This document shows positions 19,748 through 30,470 of a stretch of DNA of 64,000 nt, piece by piece. This stretch comes from a virus (taxonomy: Duplodnaviria; Caudoviricetes), in IMG/VR virus record IMGVR_UViG_3300028591_000073, positions 230,549 through 294,548 of that record, one strand, 5' to 3'. A program made the translations under genes and the position numbers. The notes beneath the pieces were generated by a model. That model searched no databases and was not told the origin of the DNA. It saw only the letters and a list, made by a program, of their open reading frames with translations. Position 1 is the first letter of the stretch; every line of letters starts with the position of its first letter.

Positions 19748-21913
19748 TTAATAAAATTGATTGATGCTTTGGAAGAATGACATATCTGCAAAACTTAAAT
19801 GATCTTCTTCAGGTTGTTGTTGTGCTCGTAATCGAGCATTATATTGATCCATGCGATAGCCATATGGATCGACACCGCCAGGTTTTTCAATTCCCATACG
19901 TTTATCTTGCACATTCTTATCAACTAAATCACGTAACAATTGATTCTCATATGCATCTGGATTTTCATAATAGACAACATTATTGACGACATCTTCTTGG
20001 ACAGCTTTTTCATATTCTTGTGTAATCTGATATGCTTTCTCAAATGTTTGATACTCTTTATAGATACCGAATCTACTTAAATCATAGCCGTATGTCAACA
20101 CATATAAGACATGACAGTATGCCATCACAACGTCATCATGTTCACCCTTGTCTGCTTGAATCTTACCACCTAAGATTGTCAAGTTGGTAATATCTCGAAC
20201 TAAGAACTTGCAATAGATCATGTGTCGATAATCATGTACAAATCGTTTTAACAAAGCCATCATATCATTACGCACTTTTTGTGTCACGTTTGTACCAATA
20301 TATTTTTTGATCTGCGCTTTTTGTTTCATTCTAATTTCATTATCTACTGTCTTTACTAATGCATTCTTTGTCATATCTAATTGAGGATCGTGATAGAATC
20401 GATATTCCAATTCCGATTCCGCAACCCATTCAATCAATGCTTTACCAACAGAATTGGTTTCTGGACAAAAAATAGCTCTTGGTAACATTTTTGCCAATGT
20501 TGCAACAACTCGGATTAAATCCAAATTACATCCCAAATACGGGGAGCATACAATTCCTGCAATCTCCAAAGTATATGGATGAACAATCAACAATACCGTA
20601 TTATCACCACCCGTACCAGCTGCAACGTCGATTCCCACTAAGTATGGGACATCCACATCGAAGTATTGATATTCAGATTTGATATCTACTTTCTGTACAG
20701 TGTGATTGTAAACATACAAAACATATTTGTTTAATAACATGATTTCATGATCTGGATTTCGTACATTTGCAATGAGATAATCAATGTCTTCTTGTAAGAA
20801 AATACTCGTGTCAGAACCACGATATCTTTCTAACAAGATACCACGACGATACTCGGAAATATCATTTGCAATCATCGCTGCTTGGTATTGTTCCGCTACC
20901 CATGCTTCTGTTTTACGTAATTGCTTCCAATCATATTCAATATAAACTTTTGTGATTGGTGTTTTTGTACCATCGGTTTCTGTTAAATCCATTCCCGTAA
21001 ACATCTCTTTGATTTCCTGTTCGGATAAATCATACATCTTTTCGGAAAACCGTGGTGTTGCTTCAATAATCTTCATGGCTTCTCTACCAGTCGTTGTTTC
21101 CAAGTTGCCAGGTGTCGATGCGTACATCATACAACAACGAATACCCATCTTTCTTGCATTTTCACGGGCAGAGATCATAGCTGGTGCACCACCAGAAACA
21201 ACAGCTCCGACATATGGAAGATATTCCCATTCGTCTACAAACCCTCCAAACAATGTATATCCTCTCAGTTTGTCTCGCGCTTTGTCTTCTGAATCCGCAA
21301 CAGATACAATGGCGATACTGGTTCCATGTTCCTCGTATTTCAATGACTTTGTGCCAGGTGGATGCTTTCTACCATACCATGGATTGAGATATGGTGGTAA
21401 TGCTTCAATATAATCACGTAAGATACCAGCGTTATCAGTACAACGTGTTTCTGTCAAGTGTAAGTATGGAATGTCACAATTCTGATATTCGAATAAAAAC
21501 ATATAAGATACGATAGAGGTTACCCACGTTGTTTTTCGATTTTGTCGAGGAACACATACTTCGAAATCAATAGAATGGTCGAAGCACCATACCATGGCCG
21601 CAGCCATTCTGGATAAATCCGTTGGCATTTTACCAACACCACGAACGGGAATTTTTTGTACTTCTCGAAAAAAGAACCATGGATTTGCTTTACATTCCAA
21701 TGTGATCTTTCCGATTTCTTCTGGAGTGATGTCTTTTTTATACGGATCGATATCTTGCACACCCAATTGAGGATATACAACACGTAATGGAAAATACCAA
21801 TTCTTGACACCAACAGCTCTTAATTCTTGACACGTTTGCAAAAAAGAAGCATTCTTTGTGCCAAGGTCATAATAGCCATTGCCGATACGAATGACGTTAG
21901 ACATATTGATCAA
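19748..21913 (-). CDS. terL: Terminase large subunit
   Basis: PRQNRKTT (Walker A), FVDEWEY (Walker B), ASTPG, GIDVAAGTGGD (RNase H-like), PETNSVG and HDDVVMA. Confidence 0.9.
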   Translation of the reverse strand: MINMSNVIRIGNGYYDLGTKNASFLQTCQELRAVGVKNWYFPLRVVYPQLGVQDIDPYKKDITPEEIGKITLECKANPWFFFREVQKIPVRGVGKMPTDLSRMAAAMVWCFDHSIDFEVCVPRQNRKTTWVTSIVSYMFLFEYQNCDIPYLHLTETRCTDNAGILRDYIEALPPYLNPWYGRKHPPGTKSLKYEEHGTSIAIVSVADSEDKARDKLRGYTLFGGFVDEWEYLPYVGAVVSGGAPAMISARENARKMGIRCCMMYASTPGNLETTTGREAMKIIEATPRFSEKMYDLSEQEIKEMFTGMDLTETDGTKTPITKVYIEYDWKQLRKTEAWVAEQYQAAMIANDISEYRRGILLERYRGSDTSIFLQEDIDYLIANVRNPDHEIMLLNKYVLYVYNHTVQKVDIKSEYQYFDVDVPYLVGIDVAAGTGGDNTVLLIVHPYTLEIAGIVCSPYLGCNLDLIRVVATLAKMLPRAIFCPETNSVGKALIEWVAESELEYRFYHDPQLDMTKNALVKTVDNEIRMKQKAQIKKYIGTNVTQKVRNDMMALLKRFVHDYRHMIYCKFLVRDITNLTILGGKIQADKGEHDDVVMAYCHVLYVLTYGYDLSRFGIYKEYQTFEKAYQITQEYEKAVQEDVVNNVVYYENPDAYENQLLRDLVDKNVQDKRMGIEKPGGVDPYGYRMDQYNARLRAQQQPEEDHLSFADMSFFQSINQFY

Positions 21914-21928
21914 GTCCTTTCATAATGT

Positions 21929-21952
21929 TATCGGGGGCATATGCCCCCGATA
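21929..21952. terminator. CATATG-centred palindrome
   Basis: TATCGGGGGCATATGCCCCCGATA. Confidence 0.65.
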
Positions 21953-21983
21953 CATCACATGTTCAGTTAATTACTGATATATT

Positions 21984-24254
21984 TTAGCAATATATTTTGA
22001 TTTGGTTGAGTATGGGAATCAGTTCAATGAACTTTCGATAGACGTGGTCCACATAGTCCATAGGGTAATGTTCAAACAATTTGGTTCCAAGGATAAATTG
22101 GAAGAATTCGTTCAAATCGATTACTCCTCTGCGTTCTTCCTGATACTGAAGATAGTAGGAATTCAATATCAGTACATGACGTAAATCTGGAATGGAAATA
22201 TCCACTGGAATATTTGCCATCATGACAGAGAAGATTTCATCGAATCTTCCGGCTGTATTGTATGAGAACATTTCCGGAGCCATTTTAATACCCATGAACT
22301 TCAGGACATTCTTCAAGTTATCCAATTGTGGGAACTGATTATACTTGCTTGTGTCGATTGCCATGTCGTTTAAATGAGACATGAGAATGGAATTCTCTTC
22401 ATACTGAGAACCACGGAAGTATGTGGTAATCTTGGAGAATGCTTGAATACCAACACCTGCAAGGAAATTGTAAGTGTCATATTCACCAAACTTAATCGGA
22501 TTGTCAGAATAATGTCTCATAGATTTCTTACCAAACAGATGAGACTTTACAGGCTGGTCATACCATGTTGTCTTGGAAGTCGCAACTGCACTCATTGCTT
22601 TGGAAGGTTCCTGTTTCAATACCCAGGTATATTGATATCCGATTGCATACTCTCCAGGAAGTTCAATCCAGCGATGACGAAGCTTTGTATACAACTTGTG
22701 TTTCTTCATGATATCCGGCCATTTCTTATAACAAGTAACCAAAGCATCACGAACACAAACATCATTCAATGGCATAATCTGAATATAGATACCATTCTTG
22801 ATGATATCATTGTATACTTCCACTGGATGCTCGCGATACAAACGAATCAGTTCATCACCATTTGCCGGTTCAAACGTACCAACAAATTCAGCCACCAACA
22901 TCACAATGTCTTGGGGTTCCACACCCTTCGCATGGAGTTTCAATATATGCTCCCACATACGTTCTTGCATAAATGTCATTGTTGCTTCATATGTGGCAAA
23001 TGCAATGATTCTATTAGGCACAGCCAAACCATTTGCCAACATCTCAATGTGTTTCCCATCTTCCGTACGAGGCATGCATTCATCATCAACAATCTTTGTG
23101 ATAACAGATTTGTTACCAAAACGACCAACGACCTTTTGTCCAACATGAATCGGAACATGCTTTAATACTTTGAAACGAATCTGGGTGTCAACAATATATT
23201 CCTTTGTAATCCAAGCAGCATCTGCCAAATACTTTTCTGCTTTATGATACATATCAATCAGTGAGATATCATCCTGATACGGGTCGGTTACAATTGTGGA
23301 GATAAATGCATAGATTTCTTGATAGAAATCCTGACACTGTTTCAGATAATAATTCATCTGGTCATTCTCCAATTCGACATTGGAGAAGATATCAATATCG
23401 ACAATCTGTCCACGGGAATAATAGTTCTTATCGTTGATATGAGGTATCAGTGCTTCTGCGGAAGAAGACAGATAAGAGTTTTCACGAATCGAACAAATGA
23501 TATCGTTCTTGATAAACTCACCGATATTCGGGAATGGTTTGTACAGTTGTAAGGAACCATAGTTGTTGATAAGATAAGAGTCCTTCTTCAGATTTACGGT
23601 TACGATATCCACCATGTCATATTCCAATGCTTTTGCAGCACTCTTGGAAATGATGAGAGCATCCTCTGTTAACTCTGGCAATACGGTATATGCAATTCTC
23701 AGATTACGTCCAGAGCAATAATGTCCATTGATATATGAGGATGACTGTGAGATGGGTGTGCCTTTTGGTAAGGTATCACCAATGTCGTAATTACCAACGA
23801 CACGGTCATACGTGCGAAATCCATACTTCTCAATCAGATTCTCCGCAAGATTTACCTGTTCACATTTGTATTTCCCAGTGACCTTATCACGGAAAACATA
23901 CACAACAGGTGAGATTGGTTCGTTCTTGAATTTCACGAACTTGCGGACAAGTTCATAGTCATTCTTACAAACCACATTCCACGAAGAACGCATACCAAAA
24001 GGGTCTTCTGCACCAGTATACACCCTGGGGAATTCGGGATGTGTTGGTACAACGTATTGGGAAGTGTGGCGTGCAGCCATATTAGAACGAACAGTTGAGA
24101 TTTTGTCGGGGAATGTCATGGCGGAGATACCAACTGTCGACAGTTTGTTCAAACCGTCTACACGATTCTTGATATCCGACATGGTATTCATCATAATCTT
24201 CTTTTTCTTTTTCGGCTGTTCCATGGGTGTTGTTTCGGGCTTTTTCTTACTCAT
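21984..24254 (-). CDS. rpoB: Multisubunit RNA polymerase beta subunit, C-terminal half (probably non-virion RNAP)
   Basis: RSNM, GRNLRIAY, EDALIIS, GQKVVGRFGNKSVI, MPRTEDG, VPNR and KFGEYD. Confidence 0.9.
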   Translation of the reverse strand: MSKKKPETTPMEQPKKKKKIMMNTMSDIKNRVDGLNKLSTVGISAMTFPDKISTVRSNMAARHTSQYVVPTHPEFPRVYTGAEDPFGMRSSWNVVCKNDYELVRKFVKFKNEPISPVVYVFRDKVTGKYKCEQVNLAENLIEKYGFRTYDRVVGNYDIGDTLPKGTPISQSSSYINGHYCSGRNLRIAYTVLPELTEDALIISKSAAKALEYDMVDIVTVNLKKDSYLINNYGSLQLYKPFPNIGEFIKNDIICSIRENSYLSSSAEALIPHINDKNYYSRGQIVDIDIFSNVELENDQMNYYLKQCQDFYQEIYAFISTIVTDPYQDDISLIDMYHKAEKYLADAAWITKEYIVDTQIRFKVLKHVPIHVGQKVVGRFGNKSVITKIVDDECMPRTEDGKHIEMLANGLAVPNRIIAFATYEATMTFMQERMWEHILKLHAKGVEPQDIVMLVAEFVGTFEPANGDELIRLYREHPVEVYNDIIKNGIYIQIMPLNDVCVRDALVTCYKKWPDIMKKHKLYTKLRHRWIELPGEYAIGYQYTWVLKQEPSKAMSAVATSKTTWYDQPVKSHLFGKKSMRHYSDNPIKFGEYDTYNFLAGVGIQAFSKITTYFRGSQYEENSILMSHLNDMAIDTSKYNQFPQLDNLKNVLKFMGIKMAPEMFSYNTAGRFDEIFSVMMANIPVDISIPDLRHVLILNSYYLQYQEERRGVIDLNEFFQFILGTKLFEHYPMDYVDHVYRKFIELIPILNQIKIYC

Positions 24255-24279
24255 AAAACTTTCCTCCTGATAAATGAAT

Positions 24280-25137
24280 TTAATTAATTGGGATTTGTGA
24301 TATCACATCTCTGACGTAAGTTGCACATGGCGAACCTTCAAAGTTCCCCTCCATGATATCCGCCATAGAAAACGACAGGATGAGGTATACCGCGATAATG
24401 ATGTATATGTCAGAATTGAAAACTATATTGGTGCATAATTTACGTAACAATTCATCGACATTAATCACAATTGCTTTATTGTCCACACTTTCAGATGCAT
24501 AAAATGCACAAGTGTGTTCATAATCTGGACCAAAGAAATTATCTTCCATCCATTTTGCAATCTTCTTTTCATTGACACGTCGAGATGCCATGTATTCTTT
24601 CCACTGGTCCAGTGTAATATGTTCAACAGTATATTCGATGACTGGCTTCATGACACTGACTTCTTTCAAATGAATCATTTCAATCATATGCATGAATTTA
24701 AACACACACCAGTAGATCATGATGTCATCTACAACAATATCCAATTTCCCAGGATTCTTTTTCATTTCAATATGAACGGGATCCGTTGCCGGAATAGTAG
24801 CATACAAATCATCCAAGTTGATACGCTTTTTGATTCGCTCATATTCCGGTGTGTTATGACTTACCGTAACAATTTGTGGCACATGTCCATCTTGATTTTC
24901 CAGTTCTTCATCCATATTGTCATTAGGAATGAATAAATCAATTGGATGAGATGTTAGTTCGATATCATCCAAGATGTCTTTATAATATTCCACAAACCCA
25001 AATCGGTCAAGCAGTTTGTGTTTATTGTTTACGAGTTTAATCGTATTAAAGTAGATATTACAGGAATTCACAAGATACTGATGTTGTTTGTAAATGTTTG
25101 TCCACTGTCTATCTAACCCCATGGGTATAAGCATCAT
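24280..25137 (-). CDS. Hypothetical protein
   Basis: 285 aa, SD GAGGAGG. Confidence 0.7.
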   Translation of the reverse strand: MMLIPMGLDRQWTNIYKQHQYLVNSCNIYFNTIKLVNNKHKLLDRFGFVEYYKDILDDIELTSHPIDLFIPNDNMDEELENQDGHVPQIVTVSHNTPEYERIKKRINLDDLYATIPATDPVHIEMKKNPGKLDIVVDDIMIYWCVFKFMHMIEMIHLKEVSVMKPVIEYTVEHITLDQWKEYMASRRVNEKKIAKWMEDNFFGPDYEHTCAFYASESVDNKAIVINVDELLRKLCTNIVFNSDIYIIIAVYLILSFSMADIMEGNFEGSPCATYVRDVISQIPIN

Positions 25138-25342
25138 AATAATCTTCCTCCTCTATATAGATTATCTAAGAACCGTTGGATTCTTCTTTTCGTATATAAT
25201 AATCTTCACGTATCTCGGAATAATTCTCAACAACAAAAGTGATGCCACTTTGTTGAATTAACACCAATACGACAGTATCCAACGTAGTTTGTTGTGGGTA
25301 TGTTTCCATTTGGAATTCACCGTCCTTGGTTGGTTGATCGGG

Positions 25343-25651
25343 TTATGTCAATTCTTCAACAAGTTCTTCCAACGCGTCCGAACTCAACCCACCAATTGGA
25401 GCGGTGGGTTGTAATGCATTCGGAGCAGTTACTTGCTGTTGACTTAACCGCTTATTCTTTTCTTCAAGTTGCTTCAATCGAATATCTCGAAGGACATGCA
25501 AAAATCGAAGCGGCATTTTTGCAAGCACGTCAACGGAAATTATGTTCTTGAATAACTCTCCGTATTCAATGATTTCTAATCCAATTTGATTAAGTTTACT
25601 TCCATATCGCCCAACCTCCGAGATACGCGGAAAAGCAAGGTATTGGTGATG
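25343..25651 (-). CDS. Short ORF overlapping the upstream gene in the -1 frame (possible frameshift extension, tail-assembly chaperone-like)
   Basis: Frame is open from 25651 to 25343 (...IIEYGELFKNIISVDVLAKMPLRFLHVLRDIRLKQL...). No SD precedes GTG 25528. Confidence 0.45.
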   Translation of the reverse strand, partial: HHQYLAFPRISEVGRYGSKLNQIGLEIIEYGELFKNIISVDVLAKMPLRFLHVLRDIRLKQLEEKNKRLSQQQVTAPNALQPTAPIGGLSSDALEELVEELT

Positions 25652-27375
25652 TTATCAATCGGAATGTGATTAGCTTCATAACCACAATAAGGACACTTAA
25701 CACCTGAGATATAGAATTCTGCGGGTTCTGCCATTTCACGGGAATCCAATGCCAATTTCATAATCAGCATAGAATCCTGAAGAATGTTGATATTATCAAT
25801 CTGACGTTCGATATCATCCCAGTTTGTGAAACGATATTCACGATTCGGATTTGTCTTGTCGGGAACATTGATTGCAGAAATTCTCATGAGACAAGCCATC
25901 TTGTTGGAGAAGTTCAGCAATGTAGGATCACCTTGTAATGTTTCTTCATTGAAGTTGTTCATATCCGGATCATCCGGTCTCTTTTCCGTGTATTTCTGAA
26001 TCATCAATGGAAGTTTCTTTGTGATATATTCATATGCACTTGGTTCATTGATTTCCACAATTACACCAGAATTCGGAAGCTTGTAACGGGTTCTCTTTGT
26101 ATTGATTTCCGTAAACAATTTCAATGCTTGTTCGCCAGGTGCTGCATCATAAATCTGACGATAGTTCTTAGGAAGTCTCTCTTCATTCAGATGAATGATA
26201 TTTCTTGGAGAATATTTGAATGTATGACGGCGTTGGCATTTGGGGTTTCCACAAACGATGTCAAGAGGTTCTTCTTCATCAGCAGTTGCTGTTAATACAG
26301 CCCATTCCAGAAAGCTCATATCCGCAAACTTTGTTTTCTTCAGGAAGTCATCAAAGTCTGCAAATGGTCCAATGGAAACATTCTTGATGTGATGATAGAT
26401 GATAGACCATCTCTGCATCTGGAAATCTACTTTAGAATTGGAAGAAGGTGCAGCCAAATCAATTGTTTCAAACCAGTTCACAGGACGAACAACGCATCTG
26501 TATCCAGATAGAGGAAGTGTGACAGGAACATCACACAGACTGGATTCATATGGCTGAATGATATTCGCATCTGTGGGAGGATTCTCAATTACAGTCACAG
26601 CTCTCATATCTTCTTCTGTCACTTCACGAACATGTACATTGACAACATTGGTTCTGGTAAGTTCATGAGCAACTTCTTCTGGAATGTTGACAGTAACAGG
26701 CTGACCAGGTGCAACATTGATATTGATGGTAGCTGGTTTCTCATACTGAGGTGTTGGTCTTGTAACATTTGCAGCATCTGCCGCAGCATTCTGGTCGGTA
26801 TAAACACTGCCACTTTCTGGGTCGATATGCTGCCAGTTCCGAAGAATAATCTGTTCAAATTCAGATGTGATCTTATCACCGGTATTATAGTAAATACCCA
26901 TAAGATCACCTTCAACCTGCTGTAGTCTTTCAGGAATGATACCACCGTGCAGATGATATTTTGCCTTTACTTGTTCAATCATTCCTGTTACGACAGCAAG
27001 ATGATTTGCTTGATGCATAATTGCATCTTCTTGGAATGCAGGGTCCAGTGAACGCGGTGGCATTACTGTCTTCGGCTTGTCGTTTGCATGTCTGTCTTCC
27101 AAGATAGCTTGCTGTTCAGCTCTCTTTTGTGCTTCCAGATTTCTTCCTTCTTCTTCAATTTCTTTCTTAAAATCATTCAAACCATATTCATCATCGTCAT
27201 CATCCTCAATCGGGGGTGAGATTCTGGATACGGTGGGTTCTGGTACGTGAACCTGTGGAGTCATCATCGGTTCTTGTTGAGACTGTGTCGGTTCTTCTTC
27301 AGGTGCACCGAATGTGTCTCTGGCTTTGTTGATGATGTTTGCCAGTGGATCGATAAATCCAGTATTATCTGCCAT
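25576..27375 (-). CDS. Baseplate-hub/tail assembly chaperone-like protein (T4 gp26-like C-terminal region)
   Basis: VTLPLSGY, CGNPKC, LPNSG...EPS and CPYCG...LLF follow a long acidic N-terminus. Confidence 0.55.
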   Translation of the reverse strand: MADNTGFIDPLANIINKARDTFGAPEEEPTQSQQEPMMTPQVHVPEPTVSRISPPIEDDDDDEYGLNDFKKEIEEEGRNLEAQKRAEQQAILEDRHANDKPKTVMPPRSLDPAFQEDAIMHQANHLAVVTGMIEQVKAKYHLHGGIIPERLQQVEGDLMGIYYNTGDKITSEFEQIILRNWQHIDPESGSVYTDQNAAADAANVTRPTPQYEKPATININVAPGQPVTVNIPEEVAHELTRTNVVNVHVREVTEEDMRAVTVIENPPTDANIIQPYESSLCDVPVTLPLSGYRCVVRPVNWFETIDLAAPSSNSKVDFQMQRWSIIYHHIKNVSIGPFADFDDFLKKTKFADMSFLEWAVLTATADEEEPLDIVCGNPKCQRRHTFKYSPRNIIHLNEERLPKNYRQIYDAAPGEQALKLFTEINTKRTRYKLPNSGVIVEINEPSAYEYITKKLPLMIQKYTEKRPDDPDMNNFNEETLQGDPTLLNFSNKMACLMRISAINVPDKTNPNREYRFTNWDDIERQIDNINILQDSMLIMKLALDSREMAEPAEFYISGVKCPYCGYEANHIPIDNITNTLLFRVSRRLGDMEVNLIKLD

Positions 27376-27442
27376 AACTCAAAACGCTCCTTTATAAAGA
27401 ATTTTTAATATACATATCATTGATAAGATATTAAATGAAAGG

Positions 27443-28150
27443 GTGTGTTTACACATGCATGAAAAATTATTATGGACCAATGACAATATCCAATATTTGT
27501 TTCATGGAAACATCATGGAATATGATATGGTCGCTGCTTCGTTATCCGTTTCAAAAAGATTTCAGCTGTTGGATAACGATACAATTGAACAGCTGAATCT
27601 GTTACCTAAGAAAGAAAGAACAAAAAGAGTTGGACTCATCCAGAGAGATGATAAAATCTATTCTGACAAGCTATTACAAGGTATTATTGATGTTAGAAAA
27701 ACATTCTTAAGTAATAATGGTTTAGATGAAACCAATGTTTTATCATTGCATTCAGATGCATGTTTGTTTAACTCTAAAAAGAAAGTACAATCCATTGCAG
27801 ATGGAGTAGAATTTAAAAAGAAAGGACAATGGACAAGTTATTTACGTTTTAACAAGATTGAGATGTTTTATGGAGATGGAGATATCACATACAAGAATGT
27901 CAACAAAGAAATGTTGATGGAACACACAATGGGAATCAACCAATATCTCATCAAAGTATTCCAAATGATTGAAGACTATGATGATTCCATATTGCAATAT
28001 CTATCAAGGTTTCAAACACAGTATCTACAAGACAAACTTCCCCCATATTATTATCCATCCTTTGGTAGAGTCTCAGATTATAAAACTTACAATATGCAAT
28101 TATTTGCGTTTGTTGTAAACGTGGTATTACAAGAAATGAGGAGTTGGTGA
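27443..28150 (+). CDS. Small DNA polymerase palm-like protein
   Basis: IMEYDMVAAS (motif A-like) and LHSDACLF (motif C-like) in only 235 aa. Confidence 0.45.
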   Translation: MCLHMHEKLLWTNDNIQYLFHGNIMEYDMVAASLSVSKRFQLLDNDTIEQLNLLPKKERTKRVGLIQRDDKIYSDKLLQGIIDVRKTFLSNNGLDETNVLSLHSDACLFNSKKKVQSIADGVEFKKKGQWTSYLRFNKIEMFYGDGDITYKNVNKEMLMEHTMGINQYLIKVFQMIEDYDDSILQYLSRFQTQYLQDKLPPYYYPSFGRVSDYKTYNMQLFAFVVNVVLQEMRSW

Positions 28151-28836
28151 TTGACATGTATCGAATTCGTTTTGCGCCATATCTGTGTAATTATTACACG
28201 GCGAATCCAGAATTACAATGTTCACGTGTCTATTCGAATAATCTGGAAGAGATTCATATGTTTTTGAAACAACACAATTTTGATGAAAACCAGACTTTCA
28301 TTGAGAATGTTCCAACGGATGTTGCAGAAGAAGATGATTTAGAAGAACATACCTTGGAATTATATTTGATGCAAAGCAATGAAGATGGTAGTCTTCATCA
28401 GATTTATTCAACAAGAAGATTCATCGATTTGGCAGTTAATTATACAGCTCAACGGTTGAATGATACTTTGATACTGGGAGAATGTATATTCCGTCAAGAT
28501 ATTGAAGTGATTAAACTAATCACAGAAAGTTTGGAAAGTATTCCATGTACAGAGATTGCAGATTTCAATGCAACCAATGACCAATCTGTCGATGATTGTG
28601 AATGGATGATTGTATCGAAAAATGGAATGGATTTGTTAAGGGAAGAAGAGGCAAATGGTCCATCGAATGATGTGACAGACGCTACCAAAATATGGGAAAG
28701 TATCTCACGAGATATAATGCCGGATGCACCGTTACCGATTACAATAGAAGCATATGTAGAATCCTTCGTCCAGATTATCATGAAGAATTATTATGGAGAT
28801 TTGAACGATGGAGATTTCGAATGGATAATGGATTAA
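28144..28836 (+). CDS. Hypothetical acidic protein
   Basis: 230-aa ORF overlapping the previous stop. Confidence 0.7.
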   Translation: MVIDMYRIRFAPYLCNYYTANPELQCSRVYSNNLEEIHMFLKQHNFDENQTFIENVPTDVAEEDDLEEHTLELYLMQSNEDGSLHQIYSTRRFIDLAVNYTAQRLNDTLILGECIFRQDIEVIKLITESLESIPCTEIADFNATNDQSVDDCEWMIVSKNGMDLLREEEANGPSNDVTDATKIWESISRDIMPDAPLPITIEAYVESFVQIIMKNYYGDLNDGDFEWIMD

Positions 28837-28855
28837 TTAAGGAGGAGATGATAAA

Positions 28856-29251
28856 ATGGCAAAAGACAAACAATCACCGACAGAACTGGTGTTGTCACAC
28901 AAACCCAAAAACTTTAAATATCGATTTGTCATTAAAGATGATGCATTATTGAAATCCTTACAAGAGGAAGGTTTTAACTTTGATGAACTTGATACCATTC
29001 ATGATGATGAATTGGTTCATATTGCATTACAGACGGAATGTAAATTATATGAACGAACCATTATTGGAAAAGCAAAAGAACCAACGACGATTGAGAATGG
29101 TGTTATCGTATCCAAGAAAATGGTGACAAAGGCAGATAAAAAGTTACAACAATTCGGGATAGGATATTTCGACCATAATCAAATGCATTATGTTGTCATG
29201 CGTATGTATTATGAGAAATTTGACATCATAGAAATATTTGTATTAACATAA
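28856..29251 (+). CDS. Hypothetical protein
   Basis: 131 aa, SD AAGGAGG. Confidence 0.7.
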   Translation: MAKDKQSPTELVLSHKPKNFKYRFVIKDDALLKSLQEEGFNFDELDTIHDDELVHIALQTECKLYERTIIGKAKEPTTIENGVIVSKKMVTKADKKLQQFGIGYFDHNQMHYVVMRMYYEKFDIIEIFVLT

Positions 29252-29279
29252 TAGAGGGGCCATATGGCCCCTCTATTAT
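29248..29279. terminator. 32-bp perfect CATATG-centred palindrome between convergent genes
   Basis: ATAATAGAGGGGCCATATGGCCCCTCTATTAT. Confidence 0.75.
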
Positions 29280-29294
29280 ATATTAATTGATTTA

Positions 29295-30452
29295 TCAGAC
29301 GGAAGTCGGATTGTTAATTGCATTCATTCTTTCGGTATAACCATCAGAAATGTTTGTCCAAGTACCTTCTGTCTGATCGATTTGCTTACCACTGTAAATG
29401 TGCGTATGCTTATACGGTGTAACAGCAACATCTTTAAGACCTTCACGCTGATCGAAGTTACCTTGAGCACGGAATGCAGGATAGTTACCAGCAGCACTCT
29501 GAACAGCGTCAAGAGTAGGACGATTACCGTCATTGAACATTCTGGTGTCAATTTGCTGATTAGCAAGATCTTGTGCATTCTTGAAGAAGGCATCGCCAGC
29601 ACCAGGATTGAAGTTCAAGCTATTGCCGAAGATCGCAAACTGGTTTACATAACGAGCAGCAAGGTCATTGATATAGGTAGATTGTACAAACTGGCAGTTG
29701 TACTGCAGCTGGATTTGCTGAAGTGCCGACTGACCTGTATTTGTATGGTTAAAGATATCAGAACCAACCTGAGCAGCAGGGAGACAACCCAATGCAGCAA
29801 TTGCAGCTTCTACACGAGCACCAGATCTGTCAAGAGCGATGATCAAGAATTCTGCAACTTCCCATGCAGGAGATGGTTCCAAAGCTTCACCTGTGCCTTC
29901 ACCAGAACCGGTAGGACCGGTGGAGAATACAGGCTGTAGAACATTGTTATCATCTTGAGAACCTGCAACGAGACCATGGTATGTGGTCAAACCAGTAATC
30001 TGGTCGGCGATACCATTTACCCACATATTATGCACAGTTGCAATCGGACGACCAACCAGTTCTGGAACGGTGATTGTCAGAGATTGACCTTGTTGTGCAT
30101 TCTGTGTGGTAGCAATCGGAATTGTTCTACCAGCGAAACCACCTTGGATCTGAACAGTACCAAGCTGTTGATCCTGGATATTACACTGGATTCCCATGTT
30201 GTAATATTCAATGACTTTTTTGTATGTCCAGAATGGAGAGTCAGGACCATAGGAGTTAAAGGCATTAAAATACTTCATCAGGAAGTACGGACCACGATAC
30301 ATAACGCAAATAACACGGTTCGTGGTTTCCGGGTTCAAACTTCTTAGTGTATGGACGTCAGGGGTGAGACCACCCAGCATACCAGTATACTGGGTAAGAT
30401 CACCATTATATTCACGAATACCACTTTGAAGGGTAATTGCACTATTTGCCAT
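29295..30452 (-). CDS. Tail tube protein
   Basis: Directly downstream of the sheath gene; ITVPELVG...WVNGIAD...TGLTTYHG...D.SG is a tube-like pattern. Confidence 0.65.
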   Translation of the reverse strand: MANSAITLQSGIREYNGDLTQYTGMLGGLTPDVHTLRSLNPETTNRVICVMYRGPYFLMKYFNAFNSYGPDSPFWTYKKVIEYYNMGIQCNIQDQQLGTVQIQGGFAGRTIPIATTQNAQQGQSLTITVPELVGRPIATVHNMWVNGIADQITGLTTYHGLVAGSQDDNNVLQPVFSTGPTGSGEGTGEALEPSPAWEVAEFLIIALDRSGARVEAAIAALGCLPAAQVGSDIFNHTNTGQSALQQIQLQYNCQFVQSTYINDLAARYVNQFAIFGNSLNFNPGAGDAFFKNAQDLANQQIDTRMFNDGNRPTLDAVQSAAGNYPAFRAQGNFDQREGLKDVAVTPYKHTHIYSGKQIDQTEGTWTNISDGYTERMNAINNPTSV

Positions 30453-30470
30453 AGATGTTCACTCCTTTCA

